This document shows positions 1 through 8,965 of a stretch of DNA of 64,000 nt, piece after piece. Source of the DNA: Candidatus Kaiserbacteria bacterium RIFOXYB1_FULL_46_14 (GTDB lineage Bacteria; Patescibacteriota; Minisyncoccia; Phycocordibacterales; UBA918); contig MFMS01000006.1 of NCBI GenBank assembly GCA_001783525.1, positions 21,074 through 85,073 of the forward strand, in the 5' to 3' direction. The notes under the pieces were generated by a model, which was not told the origin of the DNA, did not search any database, and was given only the letters and a program-made list of their open reading frames with translations. Position 1 is the stretch's first letter; the number at the start of each line of letters is the position of its first letter. Made by a program: the position numbers and the translations under genes.

Positions 1-460
1 TAGTGAGGTGGGGCTTGGAGTAGATCAAAGACCGTTCTACGCCCAGAAATTCTTTTAAGAACTTTATAAAAATCTTATGCACATGAGGCCTTTGGCTTGG
101 CAGACGAATTTGCGAAGGATGAACTAAGTCTCCATCCGCCATATAGATCGATAAACCAGCCAAAAATAGGGGAGCCGACTTGAAGTGTTTGAACTCCGTC
201 TCTGCGCTCTTCACCGCTTCTTTGTAGTGACTAGTGCGTTCTGCTTTGCGCGCCTTATTTACCAGAGAAACACGCTTTACATTGTCTCTGCGGGCTTTTA
301 TCTCATTATCTTTACGCACCTTTTTAGAAAAGGACTGCTTAGCAAACCAATTACTGACCGTGGACTTAGACACACCAACAATCTTAGCGATCTCAGAGTA
401 ACTAAAGCCTCGTTGCCGAAATTCCCTTGCTTTTAAATACTTTTCTTTATTTTGAACCAT
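1..460 (-). CDS. HTH-domain protein, C-terminal part lies beyond the window start
   Basis: Minus-strand ORF starting at ATG 460-458 (MVQNKEKYLKAREFRQRGFSYSEIAKIVGVSKSTVSNWF...), open to coordinate 1. Helix-turn-helix-like N-terminus. Absent from the ORF track because it has no in-window stop. Confidence 0.45.
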   Translation of the reverse strand, partial: MVQNKEKYLKAREFRQRGFSYSEIAKIVGVSKSTVSNWFAKQSFSKKVRKDNEIKARRDNVKRVSLVNKARKAERTSHYKEAVKSAETEFKHFKSAPLFLAGLSIYMADGDLVHPSQIRLPSQRPHVHKIFIKFLKEFLGVERSLIYSKPHLT

Positions 461-550
461 AGAGTAAATATACCATATACTATGACATCCGTTCAAATAA
501 CGTTTAAACTGCGTCTCTGTGTTCCAAATACCAGTGCTATACTCAAACCA

Positions 551-1072
551 ATGAAAATTCTGGCTGAAATTAGTGACGGGTCTCTGGGAATAGGGGAGGC
601 AGAGAAGATCGGCGAGAACTACAATTTAAGAAAGACCGCCCGGGCAATTTTGTTGAATGATGAAGGGAAGATGGCAACGCAATATCTGCAAAATTATTAT
701 TACCACAAACTACCCGGCGGCGGTGTTGAAGAAGGCGAGAGCCTAGAAGATGCTTTAAAACGAGAAATACTCGAGGAGGTGGGCTGTAATTGCCTTGTAA
801 CCGATACAATTGGAATGACTGTGGAGTTTCGCGACAAGTACAAGATCGTTCAGTTATCTTATTGTTTTGTAGCTAAAGTAGTGGGCGATATAGGGGACAC
901 GCAAATGGAAGCGGCCGAGATTGAGGAAGGTCAAATTACCTCGTGGCTATCGCCAGAAGAAGCGCTAGCACAAATGAAACAGGACAAGCCTGGAAAATAT
1001 GAGGGCTTCTTTAATTTAAAACGTGAAATCAGCTTTCTGGAGGAATATCTGAGTAACAAAAAAGTTGTCTAG
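551..1072 (+). CDS. NUDIX hydrolase
   Basis: Nudix box GGGVEEGESLEDALKREILEEVG (GX5EX7REUXEEXGU). Start placed at internal Met (MKILAEISDG) because the longer ORF from 452 would overlap the divergent gene. Confidence 0.75.
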   Translation: MKILAEISDGSLGIGEAEKIGENYNLRKTARAILLNDEGKMATQYLQNYYYHKLPGGGVEEGESLEDALKREILEEVGCNCLVTDTIGMTVEFRDKYKIVQLSYCFVAKVVGDIGDTQMEAAEIEEGQITSWLSPEEALAQMKQDKPGKYEGFFNLKREISFLEEYLSNKKVV

Positions 1073-1228
1073 GGGGACTCGACCCAGAATCACGGCTATT
1101 TTATTTCACTGCGTTCATAAAACAAGCTCGCGTTCTTGGTCGGCTTCTCGCTGTTTTTTACTTAACAGTCAAAAACATACTCCGAAGCTTCGAGTCCTGA
1201 CGAAAGCCAAGCAGTTGGCTTTCTCCAC

Positions 1229-1278
1229 GCGCACAATATAAAAAGCGAGACATCTGTCTCGCTTTTTATATTGTGCGC
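1229..1278. terminator. Perfect 24-2-24 palindrome / bidirectional terminator overlapping the tRNA-Arg 3' end
   Basis: gcgcacaatataaaaagcgagaca-tc-tgtctcgctttttatattgtgcgc. The right arm includes tgcgc, the 3' terminus of the tRNA at 1274-1278. A/T runs lie on both sides of the central stem. Confidence 0.7.
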
Positions 1279-1345
1279 CTGGCAGGACTCGAACCTACAA
1301 TAACTGATCCGAAGTCAGTTGTGATATCCATTTCACTACAAGCGC
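1274..1345 (-). tRNA. tRNA-Arg(TCG)
   Basis: Cloverleaf: acceptor GCGCTTG/CAGGCGC, D-loop AATGGATA, anticodon stem ACTGA/TCAGT with loop CTTCGGA, T-loop GGTTCGAGTCC. No CCA encoded. Confidence 0.85.
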
Positions 1346-1395
1346 AAGTGTTTTAACAATACGTTGCACCTATATGGATCTCACACCGGTGCAAT

Positions 1396-2928
1396 GTGCG
1401 CTTATCATACGTCACGAGGGCGAAAAAGCAACGCAAATTTGCTAAGATTGTTCTTGTGATAATACGTGAAGATATACCGAAGGAAGTGGTAGCGGTGGCC
1501 GACTCTTTGGAAGGAGCCGGTTTTGAAGCGTACTTGGTTGGTGGATGCGTGCGCGACCTTCTGCTTGGCCGCACGCCCAAAGACTGGGATTTGACCACCA
1601 ACGCTAAGCCGGAAGAAATTCAGGCGCTTTTCCCTGAAACCTACTGCAATAATGACTACGGTACCGTCGGTGTAGTGAACGAGGAGACCACTGACTTGCG
1701 ACTCAAGGTTGTAGAAGTAACGCCATATCGCAGTGAGGGCGAATATTCGGACCGGAGAAGGCCTGACAAGGTTGAATTTGGAGTATCACTCGAAGAAGAC
1801 CTAAAGAGGCGTGATTTCACCGTGAACGCCCTAGCTTATCGCCCTAAAGACGAGAAGTTTGTTGACTTGTTCGACGGGGAAGGGGATTTGCGCAAAAAAC
1901 GGCTTAAAACCGTCGGTAATCCCGACGAACGCTTTGGCGAGGATGCTCTCCGTATGATGCGTGCTATCCGCTTGGCCGCAGAATTAAATTTTGCCATTGA
2001 AGCCGAGACGATGGCCTCAATAGCAAAAAATGCTGAGCTTTTAAGCCATATTTCAACCGAACGAATCCGTGACGAATTTCTCCGGATAATAAACTCCGAG
2101 AGTCCGATGCTTGGTCTTGCTATGCTTGAAAAGCTAGGCCTACTTCAATATGTTTTGCCAGAGCTTCGAGACGCGATTGGTTGTGAACAGGGAGGAATAC
2201 ACGCTTACGATGTGTACGAACATCTTCTGCGCTCTCTACAAGCGGCCGCCGATAAGGGTTATTCGACCGAGATGCGCTTGGCGGCTCTACTCCACGATAT
2301 TGGCAAGCCGATCACTCGCCGTGAGGGTGGCAAAAACAAGCGCTATACCTTCTTTGGTCACGAGGTAGTGGGCGCGCGCATGACTGCCAAGTTGATGAAG
2401 CGCCTGAAAATGCCCGTAGAAATTGCCAACGGGGTGGAAATCCTAGTGCGTTGGCATATGTTTTTTGCTGATCCGGACGCTATCACCTTGTCAGCCGTCC
2501 GCCGGACTATTGCTCGGGTAGGGGAGGAAAATATGGAGGATTTACTCAATCTCCGTGTCTGTGACCGAATCGGCACAGGCAGACCAAAGGAACAGCCGTT
2601 TCGCTTCCGCAAATACAAAGCCATGGTGGATCAGGCCCGCCGCGACCCCGTATCGGTCAAGATGCTGAAGACAGATGGGGATAAGATCATGGTACAAACT
2701 GGGGAAAAGCCGGGTAAAAAGCTAGGATACCTACTGCACGCACTACTAGAAGAAGTCTTGGAGGATCCGGCTAGAAATACCGAAGAATACCTAGACAACC
2801 GAGTAGCTGAGTTGATAAAGCTAGACGAAGGTAGTCTCAAAGAGCTTGGCGAAGCTGGCAAAGAGCGTCAGCAGGCCGAGGAAGAGGCGGCTATAAAGGA
2901 GATCGAGAGGAGTCATAAGGTCGGGTAA
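1396..2928 (+). CDS. cca: CCA tRNA nucleotidyltransferase / poly(A) polymerase family with HD domain
   Basis: GGCVRDLLLGRTPKDWDLTT nucleotidyltransferase head motif. HD motif LLHDIGKP. True start may be a few codons downstream. Confidence 0.85.
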   Translation: MRLSYVTRAKKQRKFAKIVLVIIREDIPKEVVAVADSLEGAGFEAYLVGGCVRDLLLGRTPKDWDLTTNAKPEEIQALFPETYCNNDYGTVGVVNEETTDLRLKVVEVTPYRSEGEYSDRRRPDKVEFGVSLEEDLKRRDFTVNALAYRPKDEKFVDLFDGEGDLRKKRLKTVGNPDERFGEDALRMMRAIRLAAELNFAIEAETMASIAKNAELLSHISTERIRDEFLRIINSESPMLGLAMLEKLGLLQYVLPELRDAIGCEQGGIHAYDVYEHLLRSLQAAADKGYSTEMRLAALLHDIGKPITRREGGKNKRYTFFGHEVVGARMTAKLMKRLKMPVEIANGVEILVRWHMFFADPDAITLSAVRRTIARVGEENMEDLLNLRVCDRIGTGRPKEQPFRFRKYKAMVDQARRDPVSVKMLKTDGDKIMVQTGEKPGKKLGYLLHALLEEVLEDPARNTEEYLDNRVAELIKLDEGSLKELGEAGKERQQAEEEAAIKEIERSHKVG

Positions 2929-2931
2929 TAG

Positions 2932-2960
2932 AAAAGCCGCCATATTTCGGGCGGCTTTTG
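2932..2960. terminator. Rho-independent terminator (bidirectional hairpin)
   Basis: aaaagccgcc-catatttc-gggcggctttt immediately after the cca stop. Confidence 0.7.
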
Positions 2961-2989
2961 CCATACATAGATGGCTAACTAAGGACGAC

Positions 2990-3253
2990 CTAACGGCACT
3001 GTGCCGCCAAGGCATTAAGGAAAGTTCTTCGCTGGGCTTTCGTACTGCCCGAACTGACCTCTACATAAAAACGAAAGGTTGAACCGTTTGTAACACTCCT
3101 CACAAAGAGCTCTCCGCAGTTTGAAACGTGCTTGGTCCAGAGTCTTTGTTGCTCCTCCTGGGTAGGGAAGAGCGTCTTTGGTCCGTTGGTGCTTATGCTC
3201 CAGCACCCAGAGCTGCGGTGGTATTGCATCGACAGACGAATGGCCCTACGCAT
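2990..3253 (-). CDS. Hypothetical small protein (87 aa)
   Basis: ATG at 3253 preceded on the minus strand by a strong SD, GGGAGGaaataaaaATG. No recognisable domain. Confidence 0.4.
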   Translation of the reverse strand: MRRAIRLSMQYHRSSGCWSISTNGPKTLFPTQEEQQRLWTKHVSNCGELFVRSVTNGSTFRFYVEVSSGSTKAQRRTFLNALAAQCR

Positions 3254-3350
3254 TTTTATTTCCTCCCTGTTAAAACCAACCGCAACACTACCTGATTAAC
3301 AAAAAATGTCCACCGTTTGGCACTATTTAGACTGCTGAATACAAAAAAGG

Positions 3351-3408
3351 CCTAGAGGGGTGGGGAGACAATCAATCTTGATTATCTGCCGGCCTCTCTA
3401 GGCCTTGT
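3351..3408 (-). terminator. Rho-independent terminator for a minus-strand transcript
   Basis: Minus-sense hairpin ggcctagagagg...cctctctaggcc followed by TTTTTTG. It lies ~500 nt downstream of the xthA stop. Confidence 0.65.
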
Positions 3409-3861
3409 GTACGTCTCTCGACGGACAAAGAACATGTTTGAGCCCTTGTATAATTGCGGAGGCAATAGCCTCATGTGGAACCCTCTATGGGGTGATCCTG
3501 CGCAGACCGGGACTCTAACGTTGTATGTGTATTGTATTGATTGTGCTGTACGTAGAAACCTTTAGTAGGTTTCCTAAGGATTTCACTGTTTAGTATATTT
3601 TCGAGCCCGCGAGCCGAAAGGAAGGGTCGAGTAGTCAACCACTCTTTGCGGCCCACAAGCCCAAAACGTGAATTCCTAATGAGTATGGCTAGATACTCGT
3701 TTTGGTGGGAATGTGTGTTATGAACGTTGTTAGATTTTGGAGGTCTAACTTTTTTTGTGAAACGATCTCTTTAGGACCTTACGGTGCCCGCCCTTTCTGG
3801 ACCTTCCACTATTCTATGTCCTTTATAAAAAGGTGTAAAGGACATGATGTGTGGATAACTT

Positions 3862-3893
3862 AACAACTTGTCCTTTATAAAGGACAAGTTGTT
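3862..3893 (-). terminator. Hairpin directly downstream of xthA (one of two tandem hairpins sharing a tcctttataaa core)
   Basis: Perfect inverted repeat aacaacttgtccttta-taaaggacaagttgtt. A second related hairpin sits at ~3811-3850. No clear T-run, so it may be a processing or attenuation structure rather than a true terminator. Confidence 0.4.
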
Positions 3894-3904
3894 ATTATCT
3901 TTAT

Positions 3905-4696
3905 CTAGAGCGCTATTTCTATTGAAACTGGGCAGTGGTCAGAGCCGGAGACATCGGGGTGAATGGCGGCTTTCTTGATAAACGAGCGTAAATTTTCATC
4001 TGCCATTACATAGTCGATACGCCAACCAACGTTGCGTTCTCTAGCTTGAGCAAAATGTGACCACCAAGTGTAGTGTCCATTATCTTGGTGAAACAAACGA
4101 AAACTATCTACGAAGCCAGCGGCCAGCATATTATCAATGCCGTGACGTTCTTCTTCCGTAAAACCCTTCTTTCCTTTGTTCTCCTTCGGACGGGCCAAAT
4201 CTAGTTCGGTATGTGCCACATTCAAATCCCCGCAAAAAATCACTGGTTTCTCACTCTGGAGTTGTTTCATGTAAGTTAGGAAGGCAGCGTCCCACTGCTT
4301 GCGGGCAGGCAGGCGAGAGAGGTCGTCCTTAGCATTTGGAGTATAGACGGAGGTGACGAAGAAATGCTCAAACTCCAGAGTCGTGACACGACCTTCTTTG
4401 GCAGTATCGCCATAAGAATCCTTTAAATCAAAGGCTTTTTTGATATCTTCTGGCAAACCATAATATTCTGCCTCGGGAGCGATTTTGGTAAAAATAGCCG
4501 TGCCGGAGTAGCCTTTTTTCTCTGCTGAGCACCAATACTCATCATATTCAGGAAGATCTACCTCGCTCTGGCCTTGTTCGGCCTTGGTTTCCTGCAAACA
4601 AAGAACGTCCGGTTGATGTTTCTCAATAAAAGGTGCGAAAAAACCTTTCTTATGGACTGCCCGAATGCCATTTACGTTCCACGAGTAGATTTTCAT
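3905..4696 (-). CDS. xthA: Exodeoxyribonuclease III
   Basis: MKIYSWNVNGIRA...LCLQETK, and full-length similarity pattern of the ExoIII/AP endonuclease family. Confidence 0.9.
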   Translation of the reverse strand: MKIYSWNVNGIRAVHKKGFFAPFIEKHQPDVLCLQETKAEQGQSEVDLPEYDEYWCSAEKKGYSGTAIFTKIAPEAEYYGLPEDIKKAFDLKDSYGDTAKEGRVTTLEFEHFFVTSVYTPNAKDDLSRLPARKQWDAAFLTYMKQLQSEKPVIFCGDLNVAHTELDLARPKENKGKKGFTEEERHGIDNMLAAGFVDSFRLFHQDNGHYTWWSHFAQARERNVGWRIDYVMADENLRSFIKKAAIHPDVSGSDHCPVSIEIAL

Positions 4697-4729
4697 CAGA
4701 ACATTTTAGCATTCATATATAATGGGTCT

Positions 4730-5371
4730 ATGAGAGTGACAAAATATGGGCATTGTTGTCTGCTTGTGGAAATTGACGGTCTGCGTGTTTTAACTGATCC
4801 GGGCATCTGGTCTCGAAATTTTGCTGATCTAACAAATATAGATGTTGTACTTATCACCCACGAACATCAAGATCACTTACACGTCGAGTCGGTACAGGCA
4901 ATATTAAAAAACAACCCCTCGGCGGAAATTATTACTAACGGATCAGTCGGTAAAATTTTGGAAGAGCACAGTATCGTTCATACCGTTTTAGAAGGACGTG
5001 ACACTGCCAATCGTGCTGAAGTCGCCATCGAAGCATTTGACGGGCCCCACGCTACGATATTTGAAAAGTTTGGCCTAGTGCAGAACACCGGTTATTTTAT
5101 TGCCAATCAATTCTTCTATCCTGGTGACGCTTACATTGAACCCAATATGACAGTCGCCGTGTTGGCGCTTCCCGTCGCTGGGCCGTGGTGTAAAGCAGAA
5201 GATGCTCTAAACTACGCTATCGCGGTAAAGCCGAACAAAGCATTTCCGGTACATGACGCTGTTCTCGGTGAAAACGGCATCAACTTAGTGCATGGTCTGT
5301 TTGAAAACGTACTTAAAACGAAAGGTGTTATCTTTGAGTCTCTCAAAGAAGGCGAATCAAAGGAATTTTGA
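4730..5371 (+). CDS. MBL-fold metallo-hydrolase
   Basis: HEHQDH metal-binding motif. Start taken at Met 4730 (MRVTKYGHCC) because the track's 4574 start would overlap xthA. Confidence 0.7.
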   Translation: MRVTKYGHCCLLVEIDGLRVLTDPGIWSRNFADLTNIDVVLITHEHQDHLHVESVQAILKNNPSAEIITNGSVGKILEEHSIVHTVLEGRDTANRAEVAIEAFDGPHATIFEKFGLVQNTGYFIANQFFYPGDAYIEPNMTVAVLALPVAGPWCKAEDALNYAIAVKPNKAFPVHDAVLGENGINLVHGLFENVLKTKGVIFESLKEGESKEF

Positions 5372-5372
5372 G

Positions 5373-6458
5373 CTAGCGGCCCTGGCCATAGATACTGCGG
5401 AGGTTTTTGACATGCTCTTCGTAAGTAGCTGAGCAATAAAAATTGTTGTTGTTATGAAAATAGAAAAGACAATCGGTATTGACTGGATTTAAGGCAGCAA
5501 CAACTGCCTCCAAAGACGGGTTAGAAATCGGTGTCGGCGGCAGACCTTTGTTCTTATATGTATTGTAAGGAGAGTTGATGTACTTATCGGCCGGTACCGG
5601 AACAGGCCACCAGGTGGCGGTCTCGGGCCTACTGCCCTTAGCGTATTGTAATGTGGCATCAAGCTGAAGCGGCATATTGATAAAAAGACGATTCCAAATA
5701 ACACCGGAAATTTCACGCATATCCTCAAAATCATAGGCCTCGCGTTCTAGTAGAGAGGCAATGATTAGAGCATCGGCCAACGGCAAGCGATCTTCTGCGC
5801 CATTCTGATAACGAGCGACTACCTCACCAGCAAAACGTTCATTCACCAACTTTGCTACTTCTTCTGGTGAAGCGCCAATAGCAACCAAGTAACGCTCAGG
5901 AAAGAACTTTCCCTCAGTTAAAACTGGTTCTTCGGCAGTCACTAGCGAAAGAAACTTCGCTCTGTCCTCACGACTCCAGCCTAAAATGTCGCCAAAATTC
6001 TTTGCCACTTCTTCTTTGCGCTCGCCCGAGAAGACAACGAGTAAGCGACCGCCAGGAATGGCCATTTGATACCAAGAGGAGTTGGTTAACTTGGCGAGGA
6101 AACGGGCAATGCGTCCCGACGGCACGAGAGCGGGGAACTGCCATCGTAAACGGCCCGAGTTGGCAAGAAAGTTGTCGAGCGAAGGGTCTTCTATGATTGT
6201 CTTGTTTCCTGGATCAACACTGACTGGAAAGGGGGCGACTTTGATCCCTGAATCATTAGTCGGAAAAGATAGGGTAGCAACAGTATAAACAGTAAGAGCT
6301 GTAAATAAGACCACCACCAATATTACAGCCCCATACAAAAAACGTACGGCCAGACGAAACTGGGCGGGAAAAATTGGCTGGCGTAAAGTGCGAAAAGCCC
6401 GGGCGTGAAGTAAGTGTTGTTCTATCCTTCGCCAAGCACGTTTGAATGAACGTTTCAT
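5373..6458 (-). CDS. mltG: Endolytic murein transglycosylase MltG (YceG family)
   Basis: N-terminal TM helix. C-terminal NSPYNTYKNKGLPPTPISNP signature of YceG/MltG. Confidence 0.85.
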   Translation of the reverse strand: MKRSFKRAWRRIEQHLLHARAFRTLRQPIFPAQFRLAVRFLYGAVILVVVLFTALTVYTVATLSFPTNDSGIKVAPFPVSVDPGNKTIIEDPSLDNFLANSGRLRWQFPALVPSGRIARFLAKLTNSSWYQMAIPGGRLLVVFSGERKEEVAKNFGDILGWSREDRAKFLSLVTAEEPVLTEGKFFPERYLVAIGASPEEVAKLVNERFAGEVVARYQNGAEDRLPLADALIIASLLEREAYDFEDMREISGVIWNRLFINMPLQLDATLQYAKGSRPETATWWPVPVPADKYINSPYNTYKNKGLPPTPISNPSLEAVVAALNPVNTDCLFYFHNNNNFYCSATYEEHVKNLRSIYGQGR

Positions 6459-6708
6459 TAGTGCTTATATTTTAACCCACAAGTATTCACATACACATAT
6501 ATATGATGTGATTTTACGGGTATATGGATTCCGCTTGAATAAGTACCGGGGGTGTGCTTTAATAAACAGGCAAAGCAGTTCTCCTTGGACCACTTTCAGT
6601 TCGCGCGAGCGCGGACGGTCGCGAAAGTCAAAAGAAGGAACAGGTAGAAGAACTTTGTACGGAGCAGTGCTAACACACCGCTCCGAGTTACAAAAATAAG
6701 CAGAGGAA

Positions 6709-6906
6709 ATGACTGGAACTATCGCACGTCTAACTGACCGCGGTTTCGGCTTCGTTAAGCCAGACCAAGGAGATAAAGACGTATTCTTTCACGCTCGTTC
6801 TCTCGTAGACGTCATGTATGACGACCTACGTGAGGGTGAAGCTGTCACTTTTGATCTTGAGGAGGGCCCAAAGGGTCCTTCCGCTATCAACGTGAAGCGT
6901 GCCTAA
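6709..6906 (+). CDS. csp: Cold-shock protein (CspA family)
   Basis: RGFGFV RNP1 motif in a 65-aa ORF. SD GAGGAAA present. Long (~230 nt) 5' leader typical of csp genes. Confidence 0.9.
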   Translation: MTGTIARLTDRGFGFVKPDQGDKDVFFHARSLVDVMYDDLREGEAVTFDLEEGPKGPSAINVKRA

Positions 6907-6918
6907 GTAATTAGGCCG

Positions 6919-6960
6919 AAAAAACACCCCGCCTTGAATAAAGGCGGGGTGTTTTTGTTT
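6919..6960 (+). terminator. Rho-independent terminator after csp
   Basis: acaccccgcc-ttgaataa-aggcggggtgt followed by tttttgttt. Confidence 0.8.
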
Positions 6961-7000
6961 GTGATACACTTTATAAGTTGTAAGTAATAAGAAGAACTCT

Positions 7001-7726
7001 ATGAACGATGAGGTGAATGATAACAACGGTCGCGGCAAAAATGGCAGTTTGCTGATATTTTTTGTTTTGCTAGCTTTGGTGGCGGCCGGTATTGGTGCTT
7101 GGTTCTATTTTGAAAAAAGTCAGAGTGACACAACTCCAAACGCTGAAGGTGAGACCTCCGAAGTAGTAGCCCGGGTTAATGGGGTAGAAATAGATCGTTC
7201 ATCTTATGAGCGAAGCCTTGAACAATTACGCGCCGCTTACGTATCTCAAGGAATCGACGTATCTAACGCCACTTCAAGCGAACTCTTGAAAGAGCAGGCG
7301 ATTGAATCACTGGTTAATCGTCAGCTTATCGTAATGGCGGCCAAATCAAAGGGTCTAACCGTGGAGGGGACTGCCATTGATGCAGAATACCAGAACGTCG
7401 TAGAGGGAGCAGGTGGAAACGAAGCTTTTGCGGCGGCGTTAGTTGCTTCTAATCTATCTGAGGTAATGGTACGCGCCGATATAGAAAACGGCCTACTGAT
7501 ACAGCAGTACCTCGCGACCGAATTGCGTATCAACGAACTAACAGTGACCGACGCAGAAGTAGAAAGCTACTATAATTCTGCTAAGGAAACTAATAGTGAC
7601 GTACCTGCTCTTTCCGAGGTTAGTGCCGCTATTCAGTCACAATTACTGACCGAAAAGCGTGATGCGGCTGTAAATGCTGCTCTTAAAACCCTTAGAGAGA
7701 CGGCCGAAATAGAGATTCTAATCTAA
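7001..7726 (+). CDS. SurA N-terminal domain-containing chaperone-like protein, membrane anchored
   Basis: N-terminal TM segment LLIFFVLLALVAAGIGAWFYF. VVARVNGVEIDRSSYERSLEQL resembles the PpiD/SurA N-domain. No PPIase domain seen. Confidence 0.5.
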   Translation: MNDEVNDNNGRGKNGSLLIFFVLLALVAAGIGAWFYFEKSQSDTTPNAEGETSEVVARVNGVEIDRSSYERSLEQLRAAYVSQGIDVSNATSSELLKEQAIESLVNRQLIVMAAKSKGLTVEGTAIDAEYQNVVEGAGGNEAFAAALVASNLSEVMVRADIENGLLIQQYLATELRINELTVTDAEVESYYNSAKETNSDVPALSEVSAAIQSQLLTEKRDAAVNAALKTLRETAEIEILI

Positions 7727-7737
7727 ATCCTCCTCGT

Positions 7738-7778
7738 GGGAGCTAAAAGGGCGGCCAAAGGCCGCCCTTTTAGCTCCC
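7738..7778 (+). terminator. Rho-independent terminator
   Basis: gggagctaaaagggcggcc-aaa-ggccgcccttttagctccc. Confidence 0.7.
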
Positions 7779-7891
7779 AGCTTAAGCACCGTTAGGGGAG
7801 TTGAAAATTTTTGAGATTATGCTATAGTATTGACAACCTTCGCAGGTTATGACTCCGGTCTGCAAATCTAGCGGGCCATTCTATTTAAATT

Positions 7892-8158
7892 ATGTTAAGT
7901 AAACTTCAGAAACAGCGAGCCCTCAAAGACACTCGACGTCATGACGCTGACACCGGTTCACCGGAGGCGCAGGTCGGTATTTTGACCAAACAAATCAACA
8001 CATTATCGACACACCTGCGTCAAAACGCTAAGGATTTTCACTCACGTCGTGGTCTTCTACAAATGGTAGCTGACCGTCGTAAGCAACTACGCTATTTGGA
8101 ACGCAAAGACAAGAAGTCTTACGATACTTTGATCAAAAAACTTGGTCTAAAGAAGTAA
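7892..8158 (+). CDS. rpsO: 30S ribosomal protein S15
   Basis: 88 aa, SKLQKQRALKD...HSRRGLLQMVADRRKQLRYL typical of S15. Confidence 0.92.
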   Translation: MLSKLQKQRALKDTRRHDADTGSPEAQVGILTKQINTLSTHLRQNAKDFHSRRGLLQMVADRRKQLRYLERKDKKSYDTLIKKLGLKK

Positions 8159-8258
8159 TTATCTGATCTAGATGGATGCGGCGGGGCCAAAGGCCCCGCC
8201 GCTCTGTTATAGTTAATGCGAAGGTTGATTTTAATAAACGAACACATTCAAATTTTAT

Positions 8259-8849
8259 ATGTCAGTCATTAGACACCCTGAACAACGGGTCGCCATCCTT
8301 ATTGATACGCAAAACCTTTATCACAGTGCAAAAAATCTTTATCGTTCCAAGGTAAATTTTGATGCGGTTGTAAAAGCCGCGTTGCAAAATCGCAAACTAA
8401 TCCGTGCTCTTTCGTACGTAGTAAATACTGAAGGGGGAGAGGAAACCGCTTTCTTTGAAGCTCTTGAGAAGGTTGGTATTGAGATCAAGACCAAAGATTT
8501 ACAAATCTTTTATGGCGGCGCCAAAAAAGCCGACTGGGACGTTGGCCTTGCCATCGACGCAATCAAACTTGCCCATAAAGTTGACGCGATAGTGATTGCC
8601 AGTGGGGACGGGGACTTCGTTCCTCTGGTTGAGTACATCAAGTCACAAGGTTGCCAAGTAGAAGTGATCAGTTTTGGTCGCTCTTCATCACAAAGATTGC
8701 GTGACAGCGTTGACGACTTTATCGATATGGATGAAAGTCCAAAAAATTTCTTGATTGGTTACCGCGGCGGGACAAAGCCACGACGTGCAGCAAACACCGA
8801 GTCTCCGACTTCCATCAAAACTGTTGGCAGCGACACTGACAATTTATAA
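8259..8849 (+). CDS. NYN (LabA-like) domain protein
   Basis: RVAILIDTQNLYHSAK...IVIASGDGDFVPLVEYIKSQG, a PIN-like NYN architecture. Confidence 0.7.
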   Translation: MSVIRHPEQRVAILIDTQNLYHSAKNLYRSKVNFDAVVKAALQNRKLIRALSYVVNTEGGEETAFFEALEKVGIEIKTKDLQIFYGGAKKADWDVGLAIDAIKLAHKVDAIVIASGDGDFVPLVEYIKSQGCQVEVISFGRSSSQRLRDSVDDFIDMDESPKNFLIGYRGGTKPRRAANTESPTSIKTVGSDTDNL

Positions 8850-8881
8850 TTATAGTTGTCTGAAGTAATTTAAACGATCGA

Positions 8882-8920
8882 CACAAAATGACGCTGGCTA
8901 TAAGCCAGCGTCATTTTGTG
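8882..8920 (+). terminator. Rho-independent terminator
   Basis: cacaaaatgacgctggct-ataa-gccagcgtcattttgtg. Confidence 0.75.
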
Positions 8921-8965
8921 TATGAACACAATTTATAACCACTATCATATGCGATAATAAGCCAA

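Noticed and set aside
200-260. LAGLIDADG-like string (FLAGLSIYMADGD) in the truncated HTH protein, suggesting a homing endonuclease
   Set aside because: The motif is interrupted, and it sits ~90 aa downstream of an N-terminal HTH, whereas LAGLIDADG enzymes carry it near the N-terminus. There is no intron or rRNA context. Treated as coincidence.
185-436. 83-aa plus-strand ORF at the window start
   Set aside because: It lies antisense to a longer minus-strand HTH-domain ORF that runs off the window edge. It has no RBS and a hydrophobic low-complexity sequence.
3410-3865. RNase P RNA or tmRNA in the xthA-downstream spacer
   Set aside because: I looked for P4 (GGAAAGUCCGG / ACAGAAnCCGGCUUA), for tmRNA tRNA-like ends, and for a tag ORF. 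Only loose resemblances (CAUAG, CCGGCAGAUAA) were found. The region is kept as an unclassified ncRNA candidate in the findings, not as a feature.
4574-4729. 5' extension of the MBL-hydrolase ORF overlapping xthA on the opposite strand
   Set aside because: A 120-nt antisense overlap with xthA is implausible. The internal Met at 4730 gives a normal MBL N-terminus (MRVTKYGHCC...).
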